Source: Archaeoglobus fulgidus DSM 4304
Lineage (GTDB): Archaea; Halobacteriota; Archaeoglobi; Archaeoglobales; Archaeoglobaceae
Assembly: GCF_000008665.1 (NCBI RefSeq)
Contig: NC_000917.1
Coordinates: forward strand, 2,070,001-2,102,000
DNA: 32,000 nt
Direction of reading: 5' to 3'
Part shown: positions 1-9,824 of the stretch, in pieces
How the letters are laid out: every line of letters begins with the position of its first letter
Numbering within the stretch: the stretch's first letter is position 1
Notes under the pieces: generated by a model
The model's database searches: none
What the model was told of the DNA's origin: nothing
The model's input: only the letters and a program-made list of their open reading frames with translations
Made by a program: the position numbers and the translations under genes

Positions 1-285
1 GTTGTAATAGCCTCATCCGACATGCACCACTACCTGCCCGACGAGGAATGCAGACGGCTCGACAGCATAGTAATCGATGCTATTCTGTCGATGGACGTTA
101 AAAAGTACTACGAAACAATTTACAGGCTGCAGGCGAGCGTTTGCGGTTACGGCTGCATAGCTGTTGCTATGTACTACTCAAAGGCCAAGGGGGCGAGAGC
201 TGAGCTCGTTGACTACTCGACAAGTGGTGACGTTGCAGACAGAAGCCAGGTAGTTGGTTACGCAGGCATAGTTTTCAGAGTTTGA
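1..285 (+). CDS. C-terminal part of MEMO1/AmmeMemoRadiSam-system B family protein (truncated by window start)
   Basis: Frame open from base 1; C-terminus CGYGCIAVAMYYSKAKGARAELVDYSTSGDVADRSQVVGYAGIVF resembles the MEMO family terminal segment. Confidence 0.7.
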   Translation, partial: VVIASSDMHHYLPDEECRRLDSIVIDAILSMDVKKYYETIYRLQASVCGYGCIAVAMYYSKAKGARAELVDYSTSGDVADRSQVVGYAGIVFRV

Positions 286-308
286 TTTTAAAAACATTCT
301 CTAAAATT

Positions 309-346
309 TTTTCCGAATATCGAACCTAAGCTTTAAATATCGGAAA
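309..346. promoter_or_regulatory. imperfect inverted repeat at the promoter of the wHTH-rubrerythrin pair
   Basis: TTTCCGAATAT (310-320) versus ATATCGGAAA (337-346), with a TTTAAATAT promoter-like element between/overlapping. Confidence 0.45.
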
Positions 347-360
347 TAATATTTAACGCT

Positions 361-543
361 ATGAGCGACCCAAAGCAACTTGTTCTTGAGGCGATGAAAA
401 GGGCGGGAAAGCCAGTGAGGCCGGGCGACATAGCCAAAGAGACTGGACTGGACAGCAAGGAAGTCTCGAAAATAATAAAGGAGCTTAGGAAGGAGGGACT
501 CGTCCACTCGCCAAAAAGATGTTATTATGCGGTGAAGGAGTGA
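361..543 (+). CDS. small winged-helix DNA-binding protein
   Basis: 60 aa with GKPVRPGDIAKETGLDSKEVSKIIKELRKEGLVHSP, a typical wHTH pattern; start ATG preceded by an AT-rich promoter-like region. Confidence 0.75.
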   Translation: MSDPKQLVLEAMKRAGKPVRPGDIAKETGLDSKEVSKIIKELRKEGLVHSPKRCYYAVKE

Positions 544-1034
544 TGTTTATGACAACGGAGGAGAACTTAAGAAACGCCTACGCCGGAGAGAGCCAGGCGA
601 TGGTGAGATACAGAATTTTTGCCGAAATAGCCCGAAGTAAGGGGCTTGAGGGAATCGCAAGGGTGTTTGAGGCTGCATCCTTTTCCGAGTTCGTTCACGC
701 CAAGAACCATCTAAAGGTTCTTGAAGATTTGAACGACGTGAGGAAGAACCTCGAGACCGCCTATGCGGGAGAGACGTATGAGATTACGGAAATGTATCCA
801 AGGTTCTACGAGGAGGCAGAAAAGGAGGGCAACAGGAGAGCGATGAACAGCATAAAGTGGGCTCTTGAAACGGAAAAAGTTCACGCTGGTATCTTCAAAA
901 GGCTAATTGAGAGCGGAGAGGACTACAGGGACAAAATCTACGTCTGCCCGGTATGCGGGTACGCGATGGAGGGTGAAGCTCCTGAGAAGTGCCCGCTGTG
1001 CAACACACCAAAGGAAAAGTTCGTCGAATTTTAA
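543..1034 (+). CDS. rbr: rubrerythrin (di-iron domain + C-terminal rubredoxin-like domain)
   Basis: ENLRNAYAGESQAMVRYRIFAE with repeated E/H ligands and C-terminal VCPVCGYAMEGEAPEKCPLCNTPK; ATG at 543 overlaps the TGA of the upstream wHTH ORF. Confidence 0.9.
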   Translation: MFMTTEENLRNAYAGESQAMVRYRIFAEIARSKGLEGIARVFEAASFSEFVHAKNHLKVLEDLNDVRKNLETAYAGETYEITEMYPRFYEEAEKEGNRRAMNSIKWALETEKVHAGIFKRLIESGEDYRDKIYVCPVCGYAMEGEAPEKCPLCNTPKEKFVEF

Positions 1035-1079
1035 TCAAATTTAGCGAAATTTCTTAATATTTTTTGTTACACTGCCTGC

Positions 1080-1535
1080 ATGAAGAACCTCTATTTCGAG
1101 GATTTTGAAATCGGAATGAAAGTCGAGAGCGCGGCGAGGACTGTAACCGAGGCGGACATAGTTATGTTTGCATCGCTAAGCGGGGACTGGAACCCGATAC
1201 ACACGGATGCGGAGTTCGCCAAAAAGACTATTTTTGGTCAGAGAGTTGCTCACGGTCTTTTAACGCTGTCCGTCGTGGCAGGGCTTCTCGTGAGACTCGG
1301 ATTGACGGAAAGGACAATCGTTGCTTTCTACGGAATCGACAAGCTTCGGTTCACGAACCCCGTCTTTATTGGGGACACAATAAGGGCCGTTCTGGAGGTT
1401 GTCGGGAAGGAGGACAAGGAGGGCAAGCCATACGGAGTCGTTGTTTACGACATAAAGGGCGTGAACCAGAGAGGGGAGGTTGTCATAACTTATACCTCAA
1501 GGGCTGCAATACTCAAAAGACGCCCTCAAGCCTGA
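1080..1535 (+). CDS. MaoC-like dehydratase / (R)-specific enoyl-CoA hydratase family
   Basis: SLSGDWNPIHTDAEFAKKTIFGQRVAHGLLTLSVVAGL hot-dog-fold hydratase motif. Confidence 0.85.
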   Translation: MKNLYFEDFEIGMKVESAARTVTEADIVMFASLSGDWNPIHTDAEFAKKTIFGQRVAHGLLTLSVVAGLLVRLGLTERTIVAFYGIDKLRFTNPVFIGDTIRAVLEVVGKEDKEGKPYGVVVYDIKGVNQRGEVVITYTSRAAILKRRPQA

Positions 1536-1956
1536 GCAGCCTCTTCTTCAAACTTTTTCCATCAATATCGGAGCAGCTTACCGTGTATCCGCCAATCTCC
1601 TTTTTACCAACCACCCGATGGCAGGGGATGATCACAGGCAGAGGGTTTCTCTTGACCGCCTGTCCTACTGCCCTGGGTGAGGTGTTAAGGGCTTTGGCGA
1701 TATCTGAGTACATCCTAACCATACCGTACGGAATCCTGCTGACCTCCTCAAGCACCCTTCTTGTGAAGCTGCTTGCCTTAAGCCTGTAGGGTATCCTGAC
1801 CTCAACCCTTTCCCCCGAAAAGTACCTTTCAAGCTGCCTTGCGTATTCGGAATCTGAGGAAGAAAAAGATGGATACGTTGAAAAGTAGGACTTTACTGCC
1901 TTCCCCCCTTCCATAACAACGTTGAAGTAAAGCTCTCCCCACTTAACCGAGAACAT
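1513..1956 (-). CDS. ogt: methylated-DNA--protein-cysteine methyltransferase
   Basis: IPYGMVRMYSDIAKALNTSPRAVGQAVKRNPLPVIIPCHRVVGKKEIGGY with catalytic PCHRV. Confidence 0.93.
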   Translation of the reverse strand: MFSVKWGELYFNVVMEGGKAVKSYFSTYPSFSSSDSEYARQLERYFSGERVEVRIPYRLKASSFTRRVLEEVSRIPYGMVRMYSDIAKALNTSPRAVGQAVKRNPLPVIIPCHRVVGKKEIGGYTVSCSDIDGKSLKKRLLRLEGVF

Positions 1957-2480
1957 CAGAAGTCCCTGCCGGAGATGTCCCTCAGCCTCTTTATACCGTC
2001 TATCTCCTTTATTATCTCAGCTACAGATTCTGGAACGTACTTCTCCCAGTCCTCACCTTCGAGCATCTTTCTCCTGATTTCCGTGCCGTGGTACTCGTTT
2101 CGATTGTACATTTTCGTGTGCATCACTTTGAAGCCCGCTTCTTTGAAAAGCCTGTAAACGAGCGGATTGTTGGTGTAAACAACGTCAAATGGAGGTACCA
2201 TCGAGCAGACGTGCGCGACCCAGAGGCTGTTTCGGTATATGTCCTCTAACGGAATTATGTAAACCTTCTTATCGATTCCAAGCTCCCTCTTTATCTCGTC
2301 CACGGCTCTGTCAATCATCAGAACTCTCTCTCCTGCCGTGAAGGGGTTTTCGAGAGAATGGCTTTCCTGCGCGCTGCCTATCCCTATTATAAGCTCGTCC
2401 ACCTTCTGCAGAACGTTCTTGACAACCTCGTGGTGTCCGAGGTGGTAAGGCTGGAACCTTCCGACGAAGAACGCTCTCAT
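1956..2480 (-). CDS. nadM: nicotinamide-nucleotide adenylyltransferase (archaeal type)
   Basis: MRAFFVGRFQPYHLGHHEVV nucleotidyltransferase (T/H)xGH motif and ISGSEIRRKM-like HGTEIRRKMLEG. Confidence 0.9.
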   Translation of the reverse strand: MRAFFVGRFQPYHLGHHEVVKNVLQKVDELIIGIGSAQESHSLENPFTAGERVLMIDRAVDEIKRELGIDKKVYIIPLEDIYRNSLWVAHVCSMVPPFDVVYTNNPLVYRLFKEAGFKVMHTKMYNRNEYHGTEIRRKMLEGEDWEKYVPESVAEIIKEIDGIKRLRDISGRDF

Positions 2481-4033
2481 CTCGGTCTCCGCACGGCCCT
2501 TTTTATGTCATCTTTCAGCTTCCTTCCCGTCCTTTTCTCCCACTCTTCGATGGGTATTCCGTACTTCTCGTGTATAGCATCCCTGTACCTTTCGGGAATA
2601 ACATTGAAGGTGCAGAAGGGGATGATTCTGCCATCGGGGCTGCCGTAGTGAATTTCACAGCGCTCAACCCTCGCAATGTCGTAGTTGTATAAATCCTGGA
2701 AGTGCATCATTCCGATGAAAAGGGACTTTACATGGAACTCTCCGAGGGTGGAGTAGTCGTGCTTGATTAGCACTTCGTAGAGAATCTTTGCAATGTTGAA
2801 CCCCTTCGGAGCCTTTGATGTGTCCACGAACTTTCTCAGGTCAATAATGTCTTTGATGGCTCTTATTGTCTTCATCCTGCTTTTGGCAATCTCCTCAGCC
2901 TTCTCGTTGAGGAACTCAAAAAGCCCTTCGACGTCTACGAATCTCGTTATGGGGATGAGCCTGCCGTTATCCTTGAAGATGTAGGTTGCCATACCACATG
3001 CAAAGTGCGTTGTTAGCTCATACTGCGGCTGGCCTGTGAGGGCCTCGACAAATCTCGAAATGGGAACGACGCTCGGAACGGGGTAGAAGTCCTCTCTGCC
3101 AATCTCTCCGTTCGTCTGCTCCTCAATTGCCTTTATGCAGTCCGGAATCGTTATGCGGAACTGCTCCCTCTCCTTTCTTGGCATGCTCCCCACGAGGCTG
3201 ACCGGCTGGAAGTTAACACCCCTTACGATATCGATGTTCTCAGCTGCGAAGCGAATGATGTCTCCAAGCTGGTGGTCGTTGACGCCTTTAATGACAGTTG
3301 GAACGAGCACAAGTCCGAGCTGAGCCCTTCTGCAGTTTTCAAGAATCTTCGGGATTTCGTGATGGTTCTTCGGATTGGTTTTTTCATCAACACCATCGAA
3401 GGATAGGTAGACCGTGTTAACCCCCGCCACTCTAACTCTGAGAGCGAAGTCAGGGTCCTCGGCAAGCCTTATCCCGTTTGTGTTGAGCTGGATGTGGTCG
3501 TACCCCTCCTCCTTTATCATTCTGATTATATCAATCAGGTCATCCCTCAGCGTTGGCTCTCCTCCCGTGAGCTGCACCGCGTTGCAGCCGATTGGCTTCA
3601 TGTTCTTCGCCTTCCTGACCATTTCGCGTATCTGCTCAATCGTCGGCTCGTAAACGTAGCCAGCCCTTCTGGCGTAGAAGAAGCAGTACCAGCATGCCAG
3701 GTCACAGCGATTCGTCAGAACGATGTTCAGCAGGGCTGTGTGGCTCTTGTGGTTGTTGCACAGCCCGCAGCTGAAGGGACAGGTAGTGTTCTGTGTGATT
3801 GGAGTTGAGATGCCGTGACCGTCGGCAGCGAACCTCGCTGCCTTCTTGAACATCTCGGCATCTCCCCAGTAAACGTCAACGAATTCTCCATGCTCCTCGC
3901 AAACCTTTCTGATCATTACTTTGCCGTTCTCCTCGTAAACCTCAGCCTCAAGAATTTTCAGGCATTCAGGACAGAGGGATTTTGTTTTGTAAGGGAGCCT
4001 GATATCCTTTAATTCCGATTCAACATTCTGCAT
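2477..4033 (-). CDS. radical SAM protein of the MJ0619/Tes (tetraether lipid synthase) type
   Basis: 518 aa; N-terminal Cys motifs (CPECL, CPFSCGLCNNH), then TNRCDLACWYCFFYA radical SAM CxxxCxxC and QLTGGEPTLRDDL. Confidence 0.75.
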   Translation of the reverse strand: MQNVESELKDIRLPYKTKSLCPECLKILEAEVYEENGKVMIRKVCEEHGEFVDVYWGDAEMFKKAARFAADGHGISTPITQNTTCPFSCGLCNNHKSHTALLNIVLTNRCDLACWYCFFYARRAGYVYEPTIEQIREMVRKAKNMKPIGCNAVQLTGGEPTLRDDLIDIIRMIKEEGYDHIQLNTNGIRLAEDPDFALRVRVAGVNTVYLSFDGVDEKTNPKNHHEIPKILENCRRAQLGLVLVPTVIKGVNDHQLGDIIRFAAENIDIVRGVNFQPVSLVGSMPRKEREQFRITIPDCIKAIEEQTNGEIGREDFYPVPSVVPISRFVEALTGQPQYELTTHFACGMATYIFKDNGRLIPITRFVDVEGLFEFLNEKAEEIAKSRMKTIRAIKDIIDLRKFVDTSKAPKGFNIAKILYEVLIKHDYSTLGEFHVKSLFIGMMHFQDLYNYDIARVERCEIHYGSPDGRIIPFCTFNVIPERYRDAIHEKYGIPIEEWEKRTGRKLKDDIKRAVRRPR

Positions 4034-4100
4034 TATGATTAAAACTGTTCAAGAGTTTATCAAGTTTTCTGTTGGGGTTTGGGCTTAATTAACCGCTCCC

Positions 4101-4121
4101 GTAGTGTAAAATCTACACTAC
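4101..4121. promoter_or_regulatory. perfect 8-bp inverted repeat between rnp3 and the radical SAM gene
   Basis: GTAGTGTA-AAATC-TACACTAC; right arm overlaps the rnp3 stop codon. Confidence 0.55.
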
Positions 4122-4712
4122 ACCGGAATTCGAGAGCTGCTCAACTTCAAATCCGTCCATAATATAATTTTCGTCGAAGTACCTCCTGACAAGCCTTTGC
4201 GCATACAATCTCGCCTTCGGTATTTCGGCCCCAAAGAACTTAAAGAAGGTTTCGACCTGCTTTCTCGTTCTCAGCTCATATTGGTTTTCCGCCGCCGTTG
4301 TAACTATAAATGGCACGTCAAATTTCCTGATAACCATTATTTCCTGCCTGAGCCTTTCGAAGAGGTGCATTCTCTTGTAGCCCTCAGTCCTCAGAAACTT
4401 GGACAAGCTGAGCTCAATTGCAACGTCCTTCTCGGCAGCGAGCTTCAGCGTTGCGTAATCCAGCTCCCTGTCCTCCCAGTCAAGAATAACGTCAACCCTT
4501 CTTCTCATCACAGCCTCTCTGCAAACAGCCTCCTTACCGATAATGCCGACTATGGCCCTCCTTTTAACGCCTCTGAGCTTTTTTCTCAGTTCCTCCGGAG
4601 AGTTCGCCCTGATAACAATTCCACAGCCTTTCGGTTTTTCGAGCATGAAAACGTAACTTTTAAAGCCTAAATCAGGCAAGTTCTCGGGAAAAAACCTCAG
4701 GAAATCGTACAT
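4113..4712 (-). CDS. rnp3: RNase P protein component 3 (Rpp30)
   Basis: 199 aa PHP-like Rpp30 family pattern (VDVILDWEDRELDYATLKLAAEKDVAIELSLSKFL), in the archaeal exosome/ribosomal neighbourhood. Confidence 0.85.
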   Translation of the reverse strand: MYDFLRFFPENLPDLGFKSYVFMLEKPKGCGIVIRANSPEELRKKLRGVKRRAIVGIIGKEAVCREAVMRRRVDVILDWEDRELDYATLKLAAEKDVAIELSLSKFLRTEGYKRMHLFERLRQEIMVIRKFDVPFIVTTAAENQYELRTRKQVETFFKFFGAEIPKARLYAQRLVRRYFDENYIMDGFEVEQLSNSGVV

Positions 4713-5134
4713 AGCTCTCTGGCAAACTCTATGACTTTCTCACGCTTCGATGGATAAGTTACGAGCCTCAGCTTTACCGCTATGGGGTCTCCCCCACTTG
4801 TGAGGGAAACTTCTCCAAGATAAGCTTTTTGCTTATCTATTCTGATGTGCAGAACATTCTGCTCGTCTATTCTGTCCTCAAGAGTGCTCAAAATCTCTTC
4901 AGCCTGCTCCCCAAGAAGCTCGAGAAGATTCTTCCAGAACTTCTTTATTTCGGAGCTTTTTGTAAGTTCAACCTCGAGATACTCCATCGGGTTGCCGTAA
5001 TGGCCTTTGGCCTTGCTCACAGCAATCTCAAACTCAAAGGGAAAAAGAGTGGAAATAGCTTCTCCAACCTTTTCGCGGTCTTCTGTTGAGTGGACAACTG
5101 CGGATACTCTAACCCACTCAATCTTTCCTTTCAT
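4697..5134 (-). CDS. COG1325-type RNA-binding / predicted exosome-associated protein
   Basis: 145 aa, [29 protein letters not shown]...; overlaps rnp3 and L15e genes, the typical archaeal context. Confidence 0.75.
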   Translation of the reverse strand: MKGKIEWVRVSAVVHSTEDREKVGEAISTLFPFEFEIAVSKAKGHYGNPMEYLEVELTKSSEIKKFWKNLLELLGEQAEEILSTLEDRIDEQNVLHIRIDKQKAYLGEVSLTSGGDPIAVKLRLVTYPSKREKVIEFARELCTIS

Positions 5135-5715
5135 CTGCGCTTCTTCCTGAAGTTAGCTCTGAGGCTTGGCCTGACCTTCTCCGCTCCTCTGCCCTTTCTT
5201 CTCAGCCCTCTCGCCTTCCTTCCTGCCGAGGTCAAACCGCGGTAAACTCTTCCTCTGGTTCTGCTAACCCACGAAAGCTGCGGATCGCTCTTTATGGCCG
5301 GATGGTCTCTGTCAACCAAAATGACCTCAAACCACTTGTACCTCCCATCCTCACCGACCCAGTAGGAGTTCAGAACCTCCATGTTGGGGTACTTCCTGTT
5401 CGCCCTCTCCTCAGCTATCCACTGCAGGTTTTTTTTCGGCGTTCTTCTGTTCACCATCAGTCCCTTGCTCTTCCTTCCCTTGTTGGGCCTCGTTGCTCTT
5501 CTCCCTCCCCTTCTGATTCTGACTCTAACAACTATGATTCCCTTCTTCGCCTTGTAGCCCAATGCTCTCGCCCTGTCGAGCCTCGTCGGGCGTGGAATTC
5601 TAACAACCGCAGGCTCCCTCCTCCACTTCTGCAACCTGTGCCACATTAGCTCTCCAACATACCCCTCGTACGGTCTCTTCCAAGCTTCTCTGATATAAGC
5701 ATACATCGACTTCAT
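5131..5715 (-). CDS. rpl15e: 50S ribosomal protein L15e
   Basis: [56 protein letters not shown]; likely start is the internal Met of the 5131..5727 ORF. Confidence 0.95.
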   Translation of the reverse strand: MKSMYAYIREAWKRPYEGYVGELMWHRLQKWRREPAVVRIPRPTRLDRARALGYKAKKGIIVVRVRIRRGGRRATRPNKGRKSKGLMVNRRTPKKNLQWIAEERANRKYPNMEVLNSYWVGEDGRYKWFEVILVDRDHPAIKSDPQLSWVSRTRGRVYRGLTSAGRKARGLRRKGRGAEKVRPSLRANFRKKRR

Positions 5716-5732
5716 CTTCACCACCACGCAAC

Positions 5733-6368
5733 TCAGGCAACAGCCTCGGCAACAGCAGGCTGAGTTTCAGCCTCAGCAGGTTCCGCAAGAAGCTCAATTT
5801 TCCTTATCTCAACCCTCCTGATGGGGTATATCTTCTTGGCATTCTTGTAAATCTCCGCCGGAACTTTGCCCAGAACGCACTCCTGAAGGAACTGGACGAA
5901 GTTGAGCGAGCTTGCCTTTTCAACGACTATCTGCCTCATTATTGCCCTGATTGCCCTCTTCTGGCTCGTCTTGCACCTCCTGACAGTAAAGACGACCGAC
6001 TTAACCCTAAGCTTGTATCCGTCAGCAGTGGTAACATCAACTATGTCCTCAATTTTGCTCGTTCTCCTCCTCGTCAGGCTGTTGAGGTACTCTCTTGTAA
6101 GCTCAAATCTCCAGAACTTGGTGTAGGCGTTGTCACCAGCCACCCTGTAAACCTTGAAAATGAGCTTCTTGTAGGTGTTCTGGTTGGAGTAGTCGTTGGT
6201 GAGCTCAGCCAGAGTTGTCTCCACCGTCCTCCCCACGACCTTGCTCGCATCGTCAGCAGGTGTTTCTCCAAGCTCTGCCATTCCGAAGTACTCAGGAGCG
6301 ATGAGCGTAAACCACTTTTTCAACGTCCATTTATCCTTAACTCTTGCAGCCCTTCTCTTTCTCGCCAT
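5733..6368 (-). CDS. rps3ae: 30S ribosomal protein S3Ae (eS1)
   Basis: [29 protein letters not shown]...; start chosen at MARKRR rather than the ORF-track start. Confidence 0.95.
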   Translation of the reverse strand: MARKRRAARVKDKWTLKKWFTLIAPEYFGMAELGETPADDASKVVGRTVETTLAELTNDYSNQNTYKKLIFKVYRVAGDNAYTKFWRFELTREYLNSLTRRRTSKIEDIVDVTTADGYKLRVKSVVFTVRRCKTSQKRAIRAIMRQIVVEKASSLNFVQFLQECVLGKVPAEIYKNAKKIYPIRRVEIRKIELLAEPAEAETQPAVAEAVA

Positions 6369-6420
6369 GCTTTTGCAGTTTTGAGGGGACAATTAATAAA
6401 ACTTTTGGAGACGATAGTTC

Positions 6421-6966
6421 ATGCTAACTCTCCTGATGTGTGGCGGGAAGGGAACGAGATTGGGAAGGGGAGAGAAACCCCTCTTCGAGGTTTGCGGGAT
6501 GAAGCTCATCGACCACTCGCTGCTTCAATACAAAGATTTCGACGTCATCGCCATAACTTCCCCTCACACGCCAGCTACGGAAAGTTATCTCGCTGAAAAA
6601 GGTGTGGAGGTTTACAGGGCTGCGGGGAAAGGTTACATCGAAGACTACAGCGAAGCTTGCAGGGAGCTTGCCATCAACGAGCCTGTTATCGTTGCTTCGG
6701 CCGACATAGTCTATATCAGAGATATAGCCTTTGACATAGTTGATGCTTACATGAAAACGATAAAACCCGCTCTCACGGTGGTTATGGAGGGTGAGCCGGT
6801 GGGAGTTAACATAATTGATTCTCTCCTGATCAACACCTGGCAGGAAGAAGAGATATATAGCATCGAGAAAGATAGTGTCGTAAACGTAAACACCGTTGCT
6901 GATGTTGAGAGGGCTGAGAGGTTATGGACTACGATGAGAAAAGAGAGAGGCTGGCAGAGAGATTGA
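6421..6966 (+). CDS. cobY: GTP:adenosylcobinamide-phosphate guanylyltransferase
   Basis: [34 protein letters not shown] nucleotidyltransferase motif; cobS nearby. Confidence 0.85.
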   Translation: MLTLLMCGGKGTRLGRGEKPLFEVCGMKLIDHSLLQYKDFDVIAITSPHTPATESYLAEKGVEVYRAAGKGYIEDYSEACRELAINEPVIVASADIVYIRDIAFDIVDAYMKTIKPALTVVMEGEPVGVNIIDSLLINTWQEEEIYSIEKDSVVNVNTVADVERAERLWTTMRKERGWQRD

Positions 6967-7583
6967 GGCAGGAGCTTAACCTGAGCAGGAAAGTTTACGA
7001 GGCGATAAGAAAGGTGCCCAGACACCTTTTTGTGCCCGAGAGCTACAAAAATGAAGCTTACGTTGACACACCCCTCCCAATAGGCTACGGCCAGACGATA
7101 AGCGCACCCCACATGGTCGCGATCATGTGCGAGCTTCTCGATTTGAGGGAGGGGGATAAGGTCCTCGAGGTGGGCACGGGTTGCGGATATCACGCCGCTG
7201 TGACTGCAGAAATTGTCGGGAAGAGCGGGAAGGTGATATCCATCGAGTACATTCCTGAACTGGCGGAGAGGGCTAGGGCGATTCTGAAGGCGCTTGGGTA
7301 CGACAATGTTGAGGTGATAGTCGGCGACGGGAGCAAGGGCTACGAGAAAGAGGCTCCTTACGACAAAATCTACGTCACCGCTGCGGCGCCTGACATCCCC
7401 AAGCCGCTGATAGAGCAGCTAAAGCCCAGAGGCAGGATGGTCATTCCTGTAGGTGACTCCGTGCAGTGGCTGATAATCGTGGAAAAGGATGAGAGCGGCA
7501 ATGTAAGGAAGAAGAACTGGGGTTCTGTGCGATTTGTGCCCCTAAGGGGCGAGTACGGCTTCAAAAGTGTGAGGTATGATTAA
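6924..7583 (+). CDS. pcm: protein-L-isoaspartate O-methyltransferase
   Basis: [42 protein letters not shown]. Confidence 0.95.
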   Translation: MDYDEKRERLAERLRQELNLSRKVYEAIRKVPRHLFVPESYKNEAYVDTPLPIGYGQTISAPHMVAIMCELLDLREGDKVLEVGTGCGYHAAVTAEIVGKSGKVISIEYIPELAERARAILKALGYDNVEVIVGDGSKGYEKEAPYDKIYVTAAAPDIPKPLIEQLKPRGRMVIPVGDSVQWLIIVEKDESGNVRKKNWGSVRFVPLRGEYGFKSVRYD

Positions 7584-8271
7584 GGCAATCAGATCAGCAA
7601 TTTCCTTTTTAACGACTCTGCCGTTAGGTGGAGACGTTGAGGAGCTTAGAAAAAATCTCTGGCTTTTCCCCTATGCGGCTATCCTGATTGCACTAATCGT
7701 TTCCGTTCCTCATTTCATCAGGAATTTTGTCGATATCAGGTTTTTGGCTTTGGTGCTCTACCTTGGGGCTGAGGGCATAAACCACGTTGACGGTCTCGCT
7801 GACTTCGGGGATGCTCTCTTCGCTCCCAAAAACCGAAAAAGAGAGGCAATCAAGGACCTCAACACCGGAGCGGGTGGTGTTGCTGTTGTCGTTGTTTACT
7901 TTCTCCTGCTTTACACCCTGCTCTACCGCTCAGACTTCTGGGAAATAGCCCTATCCCAGGTTCTCGCAAAGTACTCCATGCTACTCCTGATGCTCCTCTC
8001 CAGGCCTTCTTGGGACGGAATGGGCTCGTATTTTATGGAGAAAATTTCCTCAAAGGACGTTTTCATCGGTGCGGTTCCCGTCGTGCTTCTCTGCTACAAA
8101 GTGGGCATCGAATCTTTAGCAGCGCTCGCTTCGGGATTTGCTGTGGTGCTCCTGCTTAAGGCCTACTCTGAAAAGCACTTCGGTGGAGTTAATGGGGATG
8201 TTATAGGCTCCGCCAACTGCCTTACCTTCGCCGCCTCTCTTTCAGCGCTAACCATCGCGGGTCAGCTTTGA
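7576..8271 (+). CDS. cobS: adenosylcobinamide-GDP ribazoletransferase (cobalamin synthase)
   Basis: [47 protein letters not shown] motif. Confidence 0.93.
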   Translation: MIKAIRSAISFLTTLPLGGDVEELRKNLWLFPYAAILIALIVSVPHFIRNFVDIRFLALVLYLGAEGINHVDGLADFGDALFAPKNRKREAIKDLNTGAGGVAVVVVYFLLLYTLLYRSDFWEIALSQVLAKYSMLLLMLLSRPSWDGMGSYFMEKISSKDVFIGAVPVVLLCYKVGIESLAALASGFAVVLLLKAYSEKHFGGVNGDVIGSANCLTFAASLSALTIAGQL

Positions 8272-9561
8272 GATGAAGAACCCCGCAGTATCGTGGAGAT
8301 GTGGAAAGCTTCTCACGACCTTTTCCCAGTCCCTGAACAGCACACCTCTAAACTCCCTTACACCCCTTCCGAAGGGCGAGGGGAGGGGCAGAATCTTCGC
8401 CCCGGTTTTGAGCAGATTCTCCTCATTCTCCTCGAAGGTTATGCTGCAGGTTGCATAAACGACTTCATCGGCATTCCTCAGGGCGTTGGCAATCATCTTC
8501 CTCTGAACCTTCATTGTAGCTCTGAACTTTCTTTCGTCGAACGTCCACTTGACGTTTGGCTGGGATGCGTAGTTGCCAGTTGAGGAGCACGGTGCATCGA
8601 CGAGAGCCTTGTCAGCCTCACACTCAAAAACGCATCCATCGCCGAGCTTTATCTCAACGTTTTTGACACCAAGCTGCTTCAGCTTGCTCCTCATCCTTCG
8701 CACCCTGCTCGGAGAGTTGTCAACCGCCACGATTCTTCCTTCATTTTGCATCAGCATCGCCATGTGGGCGGTCTTCATTCCTGGAGCGGCGGCAAGGTCG
8801 ATGACCACGTCTCCCGGAGATGGGTTGAGGGCATGCGAAACGAAGCACGATGCCAGGTCCTGTATAACGTACTTTCCTTCCGAGTGCCAGTCAAGTGAGG
8901 CTGGATGCTTTTCGTAACCTTTAACGCGGAAAACCTCATCCAGAAAAGTCTCCTCCAGAATGACGCCGTTCTTCTCCAGATACTCTCTAACAGATTCCAC
9001 AGACCCTTTCAGCTCATTAACCCTCACGTAAGTTGGGGGATTCCTCAGGTTTGCCTTCATCAGCTTCAGCGCCCCATCCTCACCGAGAAGTTCGATGGCG
9101 TACTTTACAAACCACTCTGGGTGGAAGTATGTGAGGGAAAGTTCCTTCAGCCTGCCCTCTGCCTGAATATCAAGCTTTTCCACTTTGCGGAGAACCGCAT
9201 TAACAAGAGAGGCCTTTCCCCTTTCCCTTGCAATTCTCACAGCAGAATCTGTGGCGAGAGCTGGATGCACGCCTTTGTACTTCATCTCGTAAACGGCAAT
9301 CCTGAGCAGGTTTCTGGTAAACGGGTCGAGCCCGTCGAATTTTTTGAGGGTTGATTTAAGGAAGTAGTCTATTGCGTTGAGCCTCTTGAGAGTTTCAACG
9401 CTGTAGGCGTGAACGCTACCCCTTACCTTGTAGTCAAAGCCCCCGGCAAGCTTCTGAACAGCCGACTTTACCGAAATTCTGCTCCTCTCGACCTCGGCCA
9501 GAACCTTTGCAGCAATCTCCTGGGTGGGAATCACATTACTACCATCTGAGCGTGCGGACAT
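8248..9561 (-). CDS. RsmB/NOP (Sun) family RNA cytosine-C5 methyltransferase
   Basis: NusB-like N-terminal region plus DLAAAPGMKTAHMAML, VDAPCSSTGNYASQPNVKW, ATCSITFEENE. Confidence 0.88.
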   Translation of the reverse strand: MSARSDGSNVIPTQEIAAKVLAEVERSRISVKSAVQKLAGGFDYKVRGSVHAYSVETLKRLNAIDYFLKSTLKKFDGLDPFTRNLLRIAVYEMKYKGVHPALATDSAVRIARERGKASLVNAVLRKVEKLDIQAEGRLKELSLTYFHPEWFVKYAIELLGEDGALKLMKANLRNPPTYVRVNELKGSVESVREYLEKNGVILEETFLDEVFRVKGYEKHPASLDWHSEGKYVIQDLASCFVSHALNPSPGDVVIDLAAAPGMKTAHMAMLMQNEGRIVAVDNSPSRVRRMRSKLKQLGVKNVEIKLGDGCVFECEADKALVDAPCSSTGNYASQPNVKWTFDERKFRATMKVQRKMIANALRNADEVVYATCSITFEENEENLLKTGAKILPLPSPFGRGVREFRGVLFRDWEKVVRSFPHLHDTAGFFISKLTRDG

Positions 9562-9824
9562 CCTCCTATGTAGAGAACTCTATTTCTGTCGATGATGCCG
9601 ATTCTTGCAGCAAGCTCCACCGCTTTTTTGCCTGTTATGTTCGCAATCGTTGCATTCCTCAGCGCTCTCTTAACCTCCTCCTCTCCGACCTCTTCGCTAC
9701 CGTAGAAGCTCTCCTTGACTTCTATTTTCAGATCTCCCTCTCTGAAGGTTTTGCCCACTATGTCCGAATCGCAGACGGCAACGAGCACTTCTCCCTTCAC
9801 TCTGTAAACTCGCATTCTGAACAT
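9531..9824 (-). CDS. Cgi121-like KEOPS subunit
   Basis: 97 aa with ALRNATIANITGKKAVELAARIGI, resembling the Cgi121 C-terminal helix region. Confidence 0.55.
   Translation of the reverse strand: MFRMRVYRVKGEVLVAVCDSDIVGKTFREGDLKIEVKESFYGSEEVGEEEVKRALRNATIANITGKKAVELAARIGIIDRNRVLYIGGCPHAQMVVM

Noticed and set aside
4197-4670. 157-aa plus-strand ORF
   Set aside because: Antisense to rnp3; no recognisable domain. The same reasoning applies to ORFs at 5302..5649, 6747..7193, 9507..9938, 11827..12189, 14986..15435 and 24417..25001.
5733-5800. Ala/Glu-rich tail of S3Ae ([17 protein letters not shown])
   Set aside because: Low-complexity C-terminal tails are ordinary in archaeal ribosomal proteins.
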